64,000 nucleotides of DNA. Source: Octopus vulgaris (lineage: Eukaryota). The notes beneath the pieces were generated by a model that ran no database searches, had not been told where the DNA came from, and saw nothing but the letters and a program-made list of their open reading frames with translations. Positions 39,305 to 53,443 of this stretch are shown here, piece by piece. Position numbers and translations under genes: made by a program. The stretch is from the NCBI GenBank assembly GCA_951406725.2, contig OX597823.1, positions 110,298,001-110,362,000 of the forward strand, in the 5' to 3' direction. The first letter of the stretch is position 1, and the number at the start of each line of letters is the position of its first letter.

Positions 39305-41112
39305 GGCTCAACGAAATATTAAGAATCTAAATGTAAGAGCAATATTATAGGTGTGTGAATATCGATAAATGTGTATGTAATGATTAGTGCGTTTATGTGT
39401 GTGTATGTATATATTTCAAAGTAAATACACATGACTATGATTTTTCTCTGGGGAAGCGCTGATGGAATTATATATATAAAGTTGTATATAAATACCTCAC
39501 CTTCATCAACAGGCACTATAATGAAGGGTATGAGTTCAAAATTGTTATATTTAAATGTTGGCACTACTAACGTTCCTAAAACATCCAAAAGTTCCTAAAA
39601 CACAAATGCCATGTGTCTGTGTATAAAATCTACACAGATAAAACATCCAGATTACGATAGAATATATCAATGTAACATAACTTATGAAATTATCTTTAAG
39701 AATTATATTAACAACTTCTTTGTCGAACTACTCTGTCTGAATAAAGCTTATTGGTACCCTCAATATCACGGAGACCATCTACGATGGAAATGCCTAAGTA
39801 TTAAATCTGGCTGCGGAAATCTCATTCAGATCATACCATACCATTGCAAATTAGTAAGAGACATTAGTCCAGCATATGACTTAAAGAACATGATAATGAC
39901 ATCTAGAATGCCTTTCACTACAGCTGAATTGGGGCCAGGAAACCAACAACAAAACGAGACTTTGTGTGGATCCCCATGTGTTAGATATAGCAGCCAAATG
40001 TCTCTCAGATAATACGAATAGGATTTAAATTAAGGATACATTACACAATGGAGACAAAATCTGGACAACCATGGATGAAACGGTTTTTTCGTAGACCTAA
40101 TCAGCGATTTGTTACAAAACAACAACTGTATCTCCCCAGTAGCAGCAATATACGAATATTCCACTACAAGCACCACCAACATTACTAACAGAAATATTGA
40201 CAGAGACAACACACTATACAGAAAATAACTGATAATTTTAAACCAATCAGAATATATTTATACAAACCTCAGCGCAAATATAATACTAAAACAACCATCA
40301 GAGAAAATAAACAAACACTAAAACAGTGAAATTGACCAAAAATCAATGTTTTTATGCCAAACATAGCATGAATGATTTGAAATAGTAAATTCTTGATTAA
40401 TTTCCGAAAGTTCAAAGAAATGTGAACTCTGTTACAACAACAAAAATAAAAGTTGTCAGAATTCCCACAAGATTCATTGCATAATTATAGTCAATAGTCA
40501 ACATACATAAACATGAAAATAGATATAGTTGTATGCAAGGAAGTATTTATAAGTACGTGTATAATATGTGTGTGTGTGTCTGTGTGTGTATATGATTGTG
40601 CAAGTGATTATACACGTATGTATATATGTATATGTATATGTAAAACAGTATGTACGTATATATAAAGATGCATACATTTAATCAATAATATAAAATATAA
40701 AAGAGGAAAATTAACACCAATCATATATTTAATAAAACACCTATTTTCGGTAGACATATAAGTAATGTGTATGTTTGTGTGTATGTTTATATATACATAT
40801 ATACATATATATATATATACATATATAAATACATATATATATATATATATAGAGAGAGAGACACACACATATATACGCACAAACTTAATATATACATATA
40901 CATACATAATTATATATGTGATTGTATGTATTTATATATATATATATATATATATTCATACATATATTTATAGAGACACACATATATATATACGCACAAA
41001 CATAATATATACATATACATACATGCATATATATGCAAATATATATAACATATATACATATGCATACATATATATATGTGTATGTATATACATACATATG
41101 TATGTATGTATG

Positions 41113-41157
<45 letters not shown>

Positions 41158-42321
41158 TCATACATATATACGTATGAATCTCTATGCATACAAGAGTGAG
41201 AAACGTACTCAATACATAACATAGAGCTAATAATCATAAAATTTGAAAAAGTGTGATTTCACACATTCGTTACTGATAATGCTGCCTACCGAATTTTGCC
41301 AATTCTAAAATGTCATGTAGAAAGTATAAACTTTGTTGAAGTGATATTTATGTATACTAATCTTCCCGATGTGGAAACTTACAATTTAAGATTTCATATT
41401 AAAAATATAACTTATGACGAAAAGTAAGAAATAATCTAATTTATAAAATGACAGAAGTAAAAATTAAAACAAACATTGTAAGACAAATGCGCAGACGATG
41501 GCGCAGTCTTGATCGGAAAAGAGGGGAAGAGCACAAGGTAAAGTAGGACAAGGGAAGGAGAAAAGGTAGCAATGTTATCAGAAAAGAAATAAGGGAACGT
41601 GATAAATGGCAGAATAGGGAAACCGAAGGAAGAGAATAAGTTGTGGATGCTATGTGTTTGTATGTCTTCGTAATATAACGTATTGTCTCAGATACAGAAA
41701 TAGTGTAAGTAAATATAACAGAAAACGTATGTATTTGATAGGGAAGGGAAAATTCATGAATCGAAGCACAAAATAAGAGAAGAAAAGCAGGCTTATGTTT
41801 GTATCCAGAAAACGAAAGAAAACATATTTGGGAGAATATAAGAAAGCATAGTAACCAGAGAGGAATAGTCTTATACATTTCTATGCTCGAGGAGATTAAA
41901 GGAAGCATGCAAGAAAAAAAGTGACTCACAAAAGATTAAAACGAAAATAAAATGCGCGAAAAAAGTAAGGTGTAGCAAAGTATAATTTCTACCGGTGTAA
42001 GTAAAAGCTAATAAGTTGTTCTTAAATACTGAAAATCAGATTCAAAATTACAAGAGATGAAAAAGATCCAAGTTCTGAGAAAATAATACCAATTTACCAA
42101 AATCCAAATTTTTGTACAAAATGACATCTTTACTGAAAGTCTTTGACACAACGACACAAGTTGGGAAGGAAACATATAAAAAATTAATCTGAATATTTTA
42201 ATCAATCTCACGTTCTCATTTTGATTATATTTCAAAATAGTTCATTTATATGTAAAATTACTCAGAAGTGCCGAAGCAACACAACATAGAATTCCAGAGA
42301 ATATTACTCTTACGTGGCTAT

Positions 42322-43160
42322 TTTATTATTATTATTATCATTCAGTAGTTTTATTTTTATAGCATGCTTTCACTTCACTACCGAGCGCAGCTCTGTGTGC
42401 CTTAGGTATGTGCTGTGATTTGTTGTGATGCTCTGATGGTTATTGTATGGAAAGTGTTCTGCGTAGGATGTGTGCAGTGCCTAGTAGTGCAATTTTCTGT
42501 ATGTTATATGTGTTTGTAAGTCCTGGTGTTTTTGTTATGTATTTGTCTGAATATTTTTTTATCATGCCTAATGTACCTACTATGATAGGAATTGTTTCTG
42601 CTTTTAGATTCCACATTCTAGTTACCTCTATTTCCAGGTCTTTGTATTTTGAAAGTTTCTCCATTTCTTTTAGAGACACGTTGTCATCTGCCGGTATTGA
42701 TACATCAATTAGAAAGCATTTTTTTCTTCATGATCTCTGACAATTATATCTGGTCTGTTGGCCTTAATTTCTCTATCTGTGTGTATCGGCATATCCCAGA
42801 GTATGGTTGCTTTCTCGTTTTCTGTGACCTTTTCTGGTGTGTGCCTATACCATCTTTTTTCTGTTGTTATTCCATAATGTTGGCATAGCTTCCAGTGTAT
42901 GTAGGTTCCAATTTTGTCATGTCTGTGAATATATTCCTTAGCTAGGACTGGGCAGCCAGAGATAATATGATTTATTGTTTCTTGTCCAGCTCCATATATT
43001 CTGCAGTTACTTGTTATATTTCTTTTCATTATATGTTTTTGGTAATTTCTGGTGGGGAGGCTTTGGTCTTGTGCTGCAATTAAAAATCTCTCTGTCTCTT
43101 TGAATCTGAGCTTGAATTGCTGGGATTTTTCTTTGTCTATTTCTTTTGAGCTTCTCATCA
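42322..43160 (-). mobile_element. Dong/R4-clade LINE 3' fragment (zinc knuckle, restriction-like endonuclease, 3' UTR)
   Basis: ETERFLIAAQDQSLPTRNY, CRIYGAGQETINHIISGC, RHDKI, NRPDIIVRD, EKLSKYKDLEIEVTRMW, QKIALLGTAHILRR; ends in (TAA)n. Confidence 0.93.
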
Positions 43161-43224
43161 CCATTGCTTTTGTTGTTTCTTCATTTTCTTCTTCTTCTTC
43201 TTCATATTTATTAGGTGGTACGTT

Positions 43225-43799
43225 TATTTTATTATTATTATTATTATTATTCTATGTTTGACTTTTGCTTTATATTTGTACAAGTTGGCTCCAAGTCTCA
43301 CCAGAGACCTCAAGAGACAACAGGTTGGAAGTTCATGTTGTTGTTATGCCTAGTGTGCCATATATTTGTGGGGGAGTTTTTGGTGTTGTACTAATGAATG
43401 TCTAAAAAAAATTTTTTTTTTCTCTTTTTTTTTCTTTTTAAAACCGGAAATTATGTTTGTTTTAAACCTTGAGATTACATAGAAAGTATTTTGCGTAGGA
43501 TATGAGCAGTTCCCATGAGCACTATCTTTTGAATTTCTGCCAATTTTGGGTTTCCTGGTATCTGAGTTAGGTAGCTATCAGCCCCTTTTGCTATCACTCC
43601 CAGGGCACCTATGACAACAGGTATTGTTTTAGTCTTCAGGTTCCACATTTTGCTGATTTCTATTTCAAGATCTTTATATTTGCTCAGTTTTTGGTAGGTC
43701 TTGACAGATATGTTTATATCGATTGGGACAGTCATATCAATGAGGAGGCATGTTCTTTGTTTGAAGACTTTCAATATGATGTCTGGCCTATTTGCATCT

Positions 43800-43800
<1 letters not shown>
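43225..43800 (-). mobile_element. Second Dong/R4-clade LINE 3' fragment (different 3' UTR), between (TAA)n tracts
   Basis: ANRPDII..., CLLIDMTVPIDINISVKTYQKLSKYKDLEIEISKMW...QKIVLMGTAHILRKILSM*. Confidence 0.92.
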
Positions 43801-44330
<530 letters not shown>

Positions 44331-44768
44331 TTCCCCGGTTGTTTGACGTGGATTTTCATGAAGAATTTGATTTAATCATTCTTAATCGAATTCAATTTGA
44401 CGACCGATGTGTGATCCGTCCTTGAGGTCAAAATTCCCATTTTTGAAGCGCAAAAACCAAAGGCGGGCAGTACGACGAAGCATTGCTCCTTCTCCATACA
44501 CAGCACAAATCTCACGAGCAGCTTCGGCGCCGGTAACACCTCGATTAAATGCAAAAAGCAAATGGTGTCAAAAATACTCAGTTTTGTCCACTTGAAATTC
44601 CGTTTTGATGATCTGAAAATACACAAAAAGTCAATAAAATTAAAAAATCAGAACACACTGTATTGTAGAACAACAAATTCTTTTTAAAATAATATAAAGC
44701 TTTTTGCCAAAGCGCTTTATTTCTGCGTGCATTTTAAAATTTGAAACAAAAACCACTCAACCCAATAT
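44331..44768 (-). mobile_element. mariner transposon 5' end (TIR and HTH region), decayed
   Basis: TATTGGGTTG terminus; HHLLFAFNRGVTGAEAAREICAVYGEGAMLRRTARLWFLRFKNGNFDLKDGSHIGRQIEFD*E*LNQILHENPRQTTGEL. Confidence 0.92.
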
Positions 44769-45315
44769 ATCTCTTTCACAATACATTTAGACACCGCTAA
44801 CACATCAACAACGGATGCAGCAACGAGAATAACCAGTAGAGTGGAGATGTTGGTTTGTAGTATGATCTGCAATGGCCTACTAACAGTCATTAGGTAGGAT
44901 AAATATCAGAACAGAGATTTGTGACTTGCTGTACGAAACAGCGGATTTTTTGTCAAATATATAATATTTAAAAGTTGACCACAGCTGACAGCAAAGAGAA
45001 AACTCGCAGCAAGTAGTAAATCAAAATATTTTCTCTAATGCTTTTAATTACTACAGCTGCATTACTTCCCGTGTGATGGCTACAGGGATAATAATCAGAA
45101 GAAAACACCCTACATCGTGGGATAACAGAACCTGGACACTCCCTGAGAACTCCAATGCTCTTGTTCCTACCGAAGAAATTTAATGTCAAAACTGCCAAAA
45201 CAGAAATAATCGTCCCTCGACATCTGGTGACGGGAATGTCCAGCATTACAATCTGTATATAAAATGTCATATGGAAAAATATTTATATGCATATCTGTAT
45301 AAGACTTATGCTCAA

Positions 45316-45347
<32 letters not shown>

Positions 45348-45348
<1 letters not shown>

Positions 45349-45550
45349 CAGTTAATCCAAACAAGAAAACACAAAAAACAAAAAAACACAACGCGAGGAC
45401 GTGGAACAAATAAAGTATTATTGGACGCTCAGGAAAGAAGGGAAGAAGGAGGGCTTAACGTTTCGAGCGGAGCTCTTCGTCGGAAACAGAGAAGGAAAGA
45501 TCGCGAGAAGGGAAGACAGAGGAAAAAATCGCCAGCGGTACTCACGAGGT
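45348..45550 (-). mobile_element. Penelope-like terminal fragment with hammerhead-like motif (45456-45483), (TA)n-bounded
   Basis: Minus strand CCGACGAA-GAGC-TCC-GCTC-GAAACGTTA. Confidence 0.65.
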
Positions 45551-45689
45551 TACATATATATATATATATGTATGTATGTATATATGTAGGCACACATACA
45601 CACACTTGTGTATACGCATTGCTGCGCACATGTATTTCAGCGAGACTGATGAAGCTGCGGTCGAAAATAGCAGCAATATTTAAATTCAC

Positions 45690-46281
45690 AAAGGCGGCGA
45701 ACTGGAAAAATCTTTTAGTACGCCGAGCAAAATGTTCAACGATATTTTGTTTTTCTTTAGGTTCTGAGTTCAAGTCCCAACGAAGTCGACTTTGCCTTTC
45801 ATCCTTTCGGGGTCGATTGAATAAGTACCAGTTACGCACTGGGGTCGATATAAGCGACTTAATCCGTTTGTCTGTCCTTGTTTGTCCTCACTGTGTTTAG
45901 CCCCCTGTGGGTAGTAAAGAAATTGAAATAGGTATTTCGTCTGTCTTTACGTTCTGAGTTCAAATTCCGTCAAGGTTGACTTTGCCTTTTATCTTTTCGA
46001 GGTCGATAAATTAAGTACCAGTTACCCACTGGGGTCGATATAATCGACTTAAACCGTTTGTCTGTCCTTGTTTGTCCTCTCTGTGTTTATCCCCATGTGG
46101 GTGGTAAAGAAATAGGTATTTTGTCTTTCTTTACGTTCTGAGTTCAAGTTCCAACGAAGTCGACTTTGCTTTTCATCCTTTCGGGGTCGATAAATAAGTA
46201 CTAGCTGAGTGCAGAATTTGCTCTAATCGAATTATTCCCCTTCACCTACAAAATTGCTGGCCTAGTGCCAAAATTTGTAAC
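45690..46281 (+). mobile_element. SINE family B trimer with 16-bp TSD
   Basis: CAATATTTAAATTCAC at 45674-45689 and 46282-46297; head, two core+tail-1 units, one core+tail-2 unit. Confidence 0.92.
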
Positions 46282-47836
46282 CAATATTTAAATTCACTGG
46301 TAGGCGCACAATAAATCTAGTCATCACTTTAGCAACGTAAATTGGAAGTTGTGATCCTCAAAATCCCTCGTCATATACTTTAAAAAACATGTGTTAAACG
46401 CAAAAGAAAATGAAATCTTTAGATATGAGCAGAAACTCATGTTAAATAACGCATTCATAACAGGAAAAAAATAATGCTTCAATGGCCATACAAAGTGTTG
46501 AAATTGTTTATCTTTTTAAACGGTTCACTATAAAAAATATACACCAGACATTTTGTTCCTAAGAAAACTTCAACAGAATTATGTTTTTCTACTAAACATT
46601 TCCAAAGAATGAATTGGTGATTTCAAATAGCCCCCAAGCTTCTGCCCCCTCTAGTACTTATTTACACTTTCAATAATCTTCCAGTAAACGATGGTGTGCC
46701 GTATCTCATATTGTTTTTCCATCCCTGAGGTTCATTATAGTGTTTGTTTGCTTTGTTTTTTTATTGAGTACATGTTTGTCCTTATTGTTGTTTTTTGTTG
46801 TTGTTTTTTTCTTTTCCTTGCCAAGTTTGAAATATAATAGCTAACGTAAACCTTTAGGCAGTAAAAAACAAAATAAATAAATAAAAATAAAAAGAGAAGG
46901 ATTTTTTTTAATATACGGAAATAAAAAGTGATATATAACTAAGTCAACAACAAGAACAATAACAACAGTAATGTTAATGATAATAATCATGATGATAATA
47001 AAAATAATAATACAAGCCTACTGGAAAAATAATGAGTAATCAATATGCAAAAATAAAATAAAATGAAAAATAAAGCAAAGAATTAAAACACACTTCCTTT
47101 TCAGATACCCTCAGCGACTTCACTAACAAGAACACAACCCACCCTCGAAAAATAAATTTTAAAAAAAAGGAAAGAAAGAAAAGAGAAAAATATGAAGAGT
47201 AACAAAAGCGAAAACTAGCAGAAGAAAAGAATTGAAAACAATCAAATTCCCTTTGCCAAAATTGTCAATGTAAAATGCTTCAGATCTAAAAGACTGATTA
47301 AGATTGATGAGAAACAATCGTGTAAGTTGGACATTTGACACATTCATGTAAAAAAAAAGAAAAAATACAAAACCTTTCGTTTTTCGGTTTCACTTTTCAC
47401 TAAATACATCTTTTGTATATTTATTTTATCAGTTATCTCACTTTTATTCAATGTCGTCGCTCTACTCCCATGGGATATCCATATCACCTTATTTATTTTG
47501 CCATGTTCCCAATATTTTTGTTTTAATGTTATACTTGTCTGTATATGTGTGTTTATGTATGTGTGTGTGTGTGTGAAGATGTGTGCGTTTGTATGTACAT
47601 ATGTATATGTATATATATATATGTGTATATATATGTATGTATATATATGTATATATATATGTATATATATGTATATATATATATATATGTGTGTGTGTGT
47701 GCATGCGTGTATGTGTGTGTATACACACACACATTTTTTACATCGTTATTTATATAGTTCTACGTTTTTTTTATTTTTATATTTTCCAAATGGTCTTTAG
47801 TTTATTACGATTTCTAATTTGTTTATTTTTGAACCT

Positions 47837-48176
<340 letters not shown>

Positions 48177-48644
48177 TTTGTTCTCATGATATATTTTATT
48201 TCTTTTCCTCTCCTTTTTCTTTTCTTTTTTTCTTTTGTCACTACTTTTTCTCTGGATAAGATTGTATTTATTGAATGGTTTCTTTCTAAATCTTGTCTGT
48301 GTTTACTGAAGCAGTGGCAGAACTGATGGGTGATGTGTGGTAGTTTAGGTTCTAGTGTGTAGTGTTTTATTGTGTCGTGTGTTGTGATTTAAAACATAGT
48401 ATGTGGTTGTTGGACGTGTGGAGTGTGCTGGTTCTTTGTGTGATGTGTGGTTGTTCAATACATAGCACGTAGCAGTTCTGTATGATGTGCCCTACTGCAG
48501 TATTGTGTTGTGCTGTGGCGATATAGGAATCCTGCTGTGTGATCCGCAAACAGTGTGTGGTGTCAGGGTCCGTGTGCATACGTGGCATAATTATTTACAT
48601 ATATATTCTCACACACCCACGATATACATTATATATACATATAT

Positions 48645-48860
48645 ATTAATAATATTAGGGTATATAACTCCAAACCTACAGGGGAAAAATTCAATTTAGT
48701 ATTAAATCAAATTTCACAGTATAAATATATAAATATAAAATATGAATTAGAGATAAAACCACTATAATATATATATTATTTGTTATTTACGCATTGGTTT
48801 ATGTCTATCACTGTTTGAGTTGCATAATAGTGGTTTTATCTCTAATTCATATTTTATATA
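48645..48860. repeat. (TA)-bounded module with inverted repeat (~48733-48765 / 48827-48860); family of 26500-26740
   Basis: ATATAAAATATGAATTAGAGATAAAACCACTAT vs ATAGTGGTTTTATCTCTAATTCATATTTTATAT. Confidence 0.75.
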
Positions 48861-48924
48861 TACATATATATATATATATGTACGTATGTATGTGCGTGCG
48901 TATGTATTTATGTATGTATGTCTT

Positions 48925-49400
48925 CTCTTCCTCTTTTTAGTTTAGAGTAAATTTTCACCGGCCACCGATTTGGTAGCAAGGTTGTGAAGGAAAGATCAGG
49001 ATTTAACCGCCATCGTTTAAATCTTAGGAAGGTCTTGAATACTTTTTATAGTTCCAAGTATCGTGTTCATTTGTAGCTTATGAATTAAGGATTTTCATTA
49101 TCTCACCAAATTCCAAGTTCAGGCATTCTTTGCTCCAGAAAAGCTGGTATGTATCCTGTTGCTCCAATAATTATGGGTATGAAGCTGATAGTGTATCTTG
49201 GGTATTGTATTTGCAAACTCCTTATCAATGGTCCATAGACGACATCTTTCTCTTGAATTTTTCTAACCAAATTCGTGTCCAGAGGGTAGCTAATAAGCTA
49301 ACCTCCACCACAGGGCTTGCTTTTCTTTGTGGCTTCACACGACAAAATATAGCCGGTTCTAACTTGGTAAACTTTTTAATTTTCAAGTTCTACCATTATT
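48925..49400 (-). mobile_element. Decayed RLE-type (R4-like) LINE C-terminus
   Basis: EKDVVYGPLIRSLQIQYPRYTISFIPIIIGATGYIP...LIHKLQMNTILGT resembles RLE C-terminal motifs. Confidence 0.65.
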
Positions 49401-49989
49401 CTATGTATGTATGTATGTATGTATGTATGTATGTATGTATGTATGTATGTATGTATGTATGTATGTATGTATTCAGGCTATGTTGAGAAAAGAGAACGTT
49501 TGTTTTGGGTGGATTACAACTATGATAGTGTTCTTGTTAAGCGTGATGTTAGTGCCAGATGAGTATTTATGTTGAATCTAATAGCATTACCTGCTCCTTA
49601 GCCCCGGGCTAATATGATGGGATCATTATAATTCATTTCCTTTCTCCTGACAGTTATTAAGGTCCAGTTTATCCAGTGACGTCCTATCATTATTTAACAC
49701 GGTTGGGAAGTGATTTGGGGGGAGATTTGGCTTTCAATGAGCAGCAGTAATCATCATAGCGTTGATGTCAGACACAGTTTATAAATACTTGCTTCCGGTT
49801 TGTAAGTTATATGTCCATGAGTTTTGGAATACTCTCGGTTAAGATGATGTTCCAGCATGACCGCTGAGAATAAAAAATAAAATAATAAGCAAATATATTG
49901 ATGCATTAAATAAGCCAAATCACATATATGAATAGATTTACATACATATACAAATATATATACATACATGCATGCATACATTACTGTGA

Positions 49990-50345
49990 GTGTACATTAC
50001 TGAGAGACTAAGAAAGGATAAAAGGCATAGTCGACCTCGGTGGAATTTAACTTCATAACGTAAAGACAGGGGAAATAACGCTAAGCATTTCGCCCGGTAT
50101 GCTAACGTTTTTATTTCTGTATTGCCCACAAGGAGCTAAAAATAGAGGGAACAAACAAGGACAGACAAAGGGATTAAGTCGATTAGATCGACTCCAGTGC
50201 GGAACTGGTACTTAATTTATCGATCCCTAAAGGATGAAAGGCAAAGTCGACCACGGCGGAATTTGAACTCAGAACGTAAGGCTGGACGAAATACCGCTAA
50301 GCATTTCGCCCTGGCGGGCTAACGTTTCTGCCAGCTCGCCGCCTT
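49990..50345 (-). mobile_element. SINE family B dimer, 3' truncated
   Basis: Head at ~50345 and a repeated partial head/core at ~50010-50110. Confidence 0.88.
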
Positions 50346-51329
50346 ACATACATATTTATTTACAAACTCTCTTGTCGCCAACAAAATCCTTTATTACCTT
50401 ATTAACGACAAGTTTGAATAAACAATGCAATCCGAAGAGAGACAGAATGGTTATTATTGAAAATAATTAAAAAAATGAAGTTACAATGTTATGGAGGACA
50501 TACACAAGCCAAAAGAATACTAATGAAATGACCATACCAAACCCCATGTAAAAATGTATGTAAATCAGAAACCTCTAAGTAAAACCATCAAACATACTTT
50601 CACTTCCCTTCTGTTCTTCATTCCATGTGGAGCATAAGCCATCGACCACTTTCCCCCCTATTCTTTGCTTTTTATATGCAGGGGTGTATGCCATATGCAA
50701 ACCCATTTTTACTGCTGGGAAGAGATGGTCAACATTAGTCTGGACTTTATCCTTTGACACATGCGGCACGGGAGGTGCCACCAGGAATTTGCGCTCTCCT
50801 GGCATAATTCTCAGTGTCGTGGAAGCACACATGCCACTATACTAACAAGAAGGACTGGGCCTTTGTGGTGGAGGCAAACATACATATACAATGATTTTAC
50901 TCATCCTACCAACATGTCTTTGAAATTTAGGAATCAACAAAGATTTTCTGTTGTCGACTTGCGTCAGGAAGGCTGATAAACAGACAACGCTATTTATAGG
51001 ATTATGTAACTTACTCCATTAATTTGTCTTAAAAAGCTCATACCAGTTTGTCTATGTCAATATGTTCTCAACTGGTTGTAAGGCGCAAATAAAACAATTG
51101 AGATTCTTTGGGGATTCTTAGTTGCTGTCTTTCACATGGGAGCAACAGCGGTTAAAACAAAAGCAGCGTCAACAATAACAGTACGAAAAATACCAACACT
51201 GCTATAGGATATGTAGTCAAACTGATTGTATAATACAGCACTTGCGATAGCTAACGTAGGAAGGAACACACGTTACACATAGAGCGGTCATAGTAATGTT
51301 ATATACAATGGTGGTGATGATGACGATGG

Positions 51330-52310
51330 TAAGGAGAAGGAGGAGGAAGAAAAAGAAGAAGAAGAAGAAGAGAATGAGGAGGTGGAAGAAGAAGAAGTGG
51401 AGGAGGAAGAAGAAGATTCACTGGAGGAGGAAGAAGTAGAAGAATAACAAGAGGAGGAGGAGGAGGGGACGAAGTAGAAGAAAAGGAGGAAGAGGAGGAG
51501 AAGAAGGCGGAAGAAGAAAAAGTGGAGGAAGTGGAGGAGGAAAGAAAAGAAGAGAAGGAGCAAGAAGATGAAGAAGAGGGGATGAAAGGAGAAAAGAAGG
51601 AGCAAGAAGAAGAAGAGAAAAAGAAGAAGAAGAGGAAGGAGAAGAAGAGAAGGAGCAAGAAGAAGGAGAAAGAAGAGGAAAGAGAAGAAGAGAAGGAGCA
51701 AGAAGAAGAAGAAGGAAGGAGAAGAAGAGAAAGAGCAAGAAAAAGAAGAGGAGATGGAAGGAGAAGAGAAGGAGCAAGAAGAAGGAGAGGAAGGAGAAGA
51801 AAAAGAAGGAGAGGAAAGAGAAGAAGAGAAGGAGCAAGAAGAAGAAGAAGGAAGGAGAAGAAGAGAAAGAGCAAGAAAAAGAAGAGGAGATGGAAGGAGA
51901 AGAGAAGGAGCAAGAAGAAGAGGAAGGAGAATGAGAAGTAGAAGAAGAAGAAGAAGAAGAAGAAGAAGAAGAAGAAGGAGAAGTAGAAGAAGAAGAAGAA
52001 GAAGAAGAGGAGGTGGAGGTGGAGGTGGAGGTGGCGGAGGAGGAGAGGAAGAAGAGGAGGAAGGATGAGAAGGAATAGGAGAAGGAGAAGAAGAAGAAGA
52101 AGAAGAAGAAGAAGAGGTAGGAGAAGAGGAGGAAGTGGAGGAGGAAGGAGAAGAAGAGGAGGAAAAAGAAGAAGAAAAATAAGATGAAGAAAGAAGAAGA
52201 AAAGGAGGAGGAATATGAAGAAGAAAAAAGAAGTGGAAGGAGAAGGAGAAGAAGAAGGAGAAGAAGATGATGAGGATGAGGAAGAAGAAGAGGAGTAGGA
52301 GGAGGAGAAG
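51330..52310. repeat. ~1-kb polypurine (GAA/GGA) tract with internal higher-order repeats
   Basis: Almost only A/G on the + strand; recurring AGAAGGAGCAAGAAG unit; ~100-bp block duplicated at ~51680 and ~51817. Confidence 0.93.
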
Positions 52311-53107
52311 GACGAATAATGTGATGTCAACAATGATTCTGGTGAAGTTGGGGAAAAAATGATGGGATATCTTACAGATGATAATGGTGGGAGCGGCGTT
52401 GTTGGTGACGGCGATAATGACTTTCATGGTGATGATGATGATGATGGTGACGGGAAAGGCGGCGGCAGCGGCGCCGATCTGGATGGATATCTAAAACAGA
52501 CAATGACGGTGTAAACAGCAATGTCTCAAGTAAAATTCATATTTGATGAAGAGTTCCATCGTGAAAAGCTCTTACCATCACCATTCAAAGACTCACTTCC
52601 TGACTCCTTAATCGAAAAATGGAATCTGCTTCCATCTTCTTCTACGGAAATGGATTGGCGTTAAAGTAAATTTTACATTGAAAATATCTTGAAGCTGTCG
52701 GCCTTAGGGCATAGATATTATGCGGTGGTGACAGCAGCAGCGGTGGCAGTGGTGATGACAGCGGCTGTAGTGGTGGTGGTGGTTGTGGTGGTGGTGGTGG
52801 TGGTGGTGGTGGTGGTGGCGATGGCGGTGGTGTTGCTGATGCTGATGAGGGTGAAGGACGTTAGGTTAATGGTGGTAGTGATGTTTGTGGTGTTGATATA
52901 GTTGCACAAATGATGGAGGTGATAGTGGTGGTGTTATTTGTGGTGATGGTTGTGTTGATGATGGTGATATTAGAGGTGTTAATGATGGTGGTGGCGTTGG
53001 AATGGAAATGCTAATGATGATTGTATGGTCGAAGTTTCTGTCGGAGTAAAATAGTGGGAATTGTTGAAACCTTTGTATCTTTTTTGGACAACAATGACCA
53101 AAATAAT

Positions 53108-53443
53108 AACAAGAACACTCAGAGAGCGCAAACCTCCCCCAAAGCAACACCAATGTCCTCTCAACAATTAGCCAGAGATGATTTTTAAAATGAGAATATT
53201 TGAAATAAACTCGACTGCTCTCAAAAATTAAATAAAAAGCCGGAAAAATAATCCAGAATCCTTGTCCGGTACCGGATCGAGCCCAAAATCGAATCATTTC
53301 GTGCCAGTCACGAGGCCAAGCATCCCTGAATTTTTTCATCTGAATCCATCCAGTGGTTCTTGAGATACATTTTGGACGGATAAACAAACAAACAAACGCG
53401 ACTGAAAACAATAACTCCGCCTTCACTTAGGTGGAGGTAATAA
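53108..53443 (-). mobile_element. Non-autonomous Helentron-type element (HINE/DINE-1-like)
   Basis: Minus strand: TTATTACCTCCACCTAAGTGAAGGCGGAGTT (5' subTIR with local inverted repeat), (TTTG)n, core, 3' subTIR GGGGGAGGT, stem-loop GCGCTCTCTGAGTGT, end TCTTGTT. Confidence 0.8.

Noticed and set aside
45646-45666. CTGATGA...GAAA hammerhead-like core
   Set aside because: Stem II pairs poorly and no stems I or III are evident.
50575-50880. GC-balanced 85-aa ORF
   Set aside because: No recognisable motif or splice support; possibly old transposon debris.
51288-52427. 379-aa and 344-aa ORFs, the longest in the track
   Set aside because: Products of the polypyrimidine strand of the GA tract; no domain content.
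52375-52490. Minus-strand His/Arg-rich exon candidate (TTTTAG...GTAAG)
   Set aside because: Lies in CAT/CAC/CGC triplet-repeat sequence where open frames and splice-like sites arise by chance.
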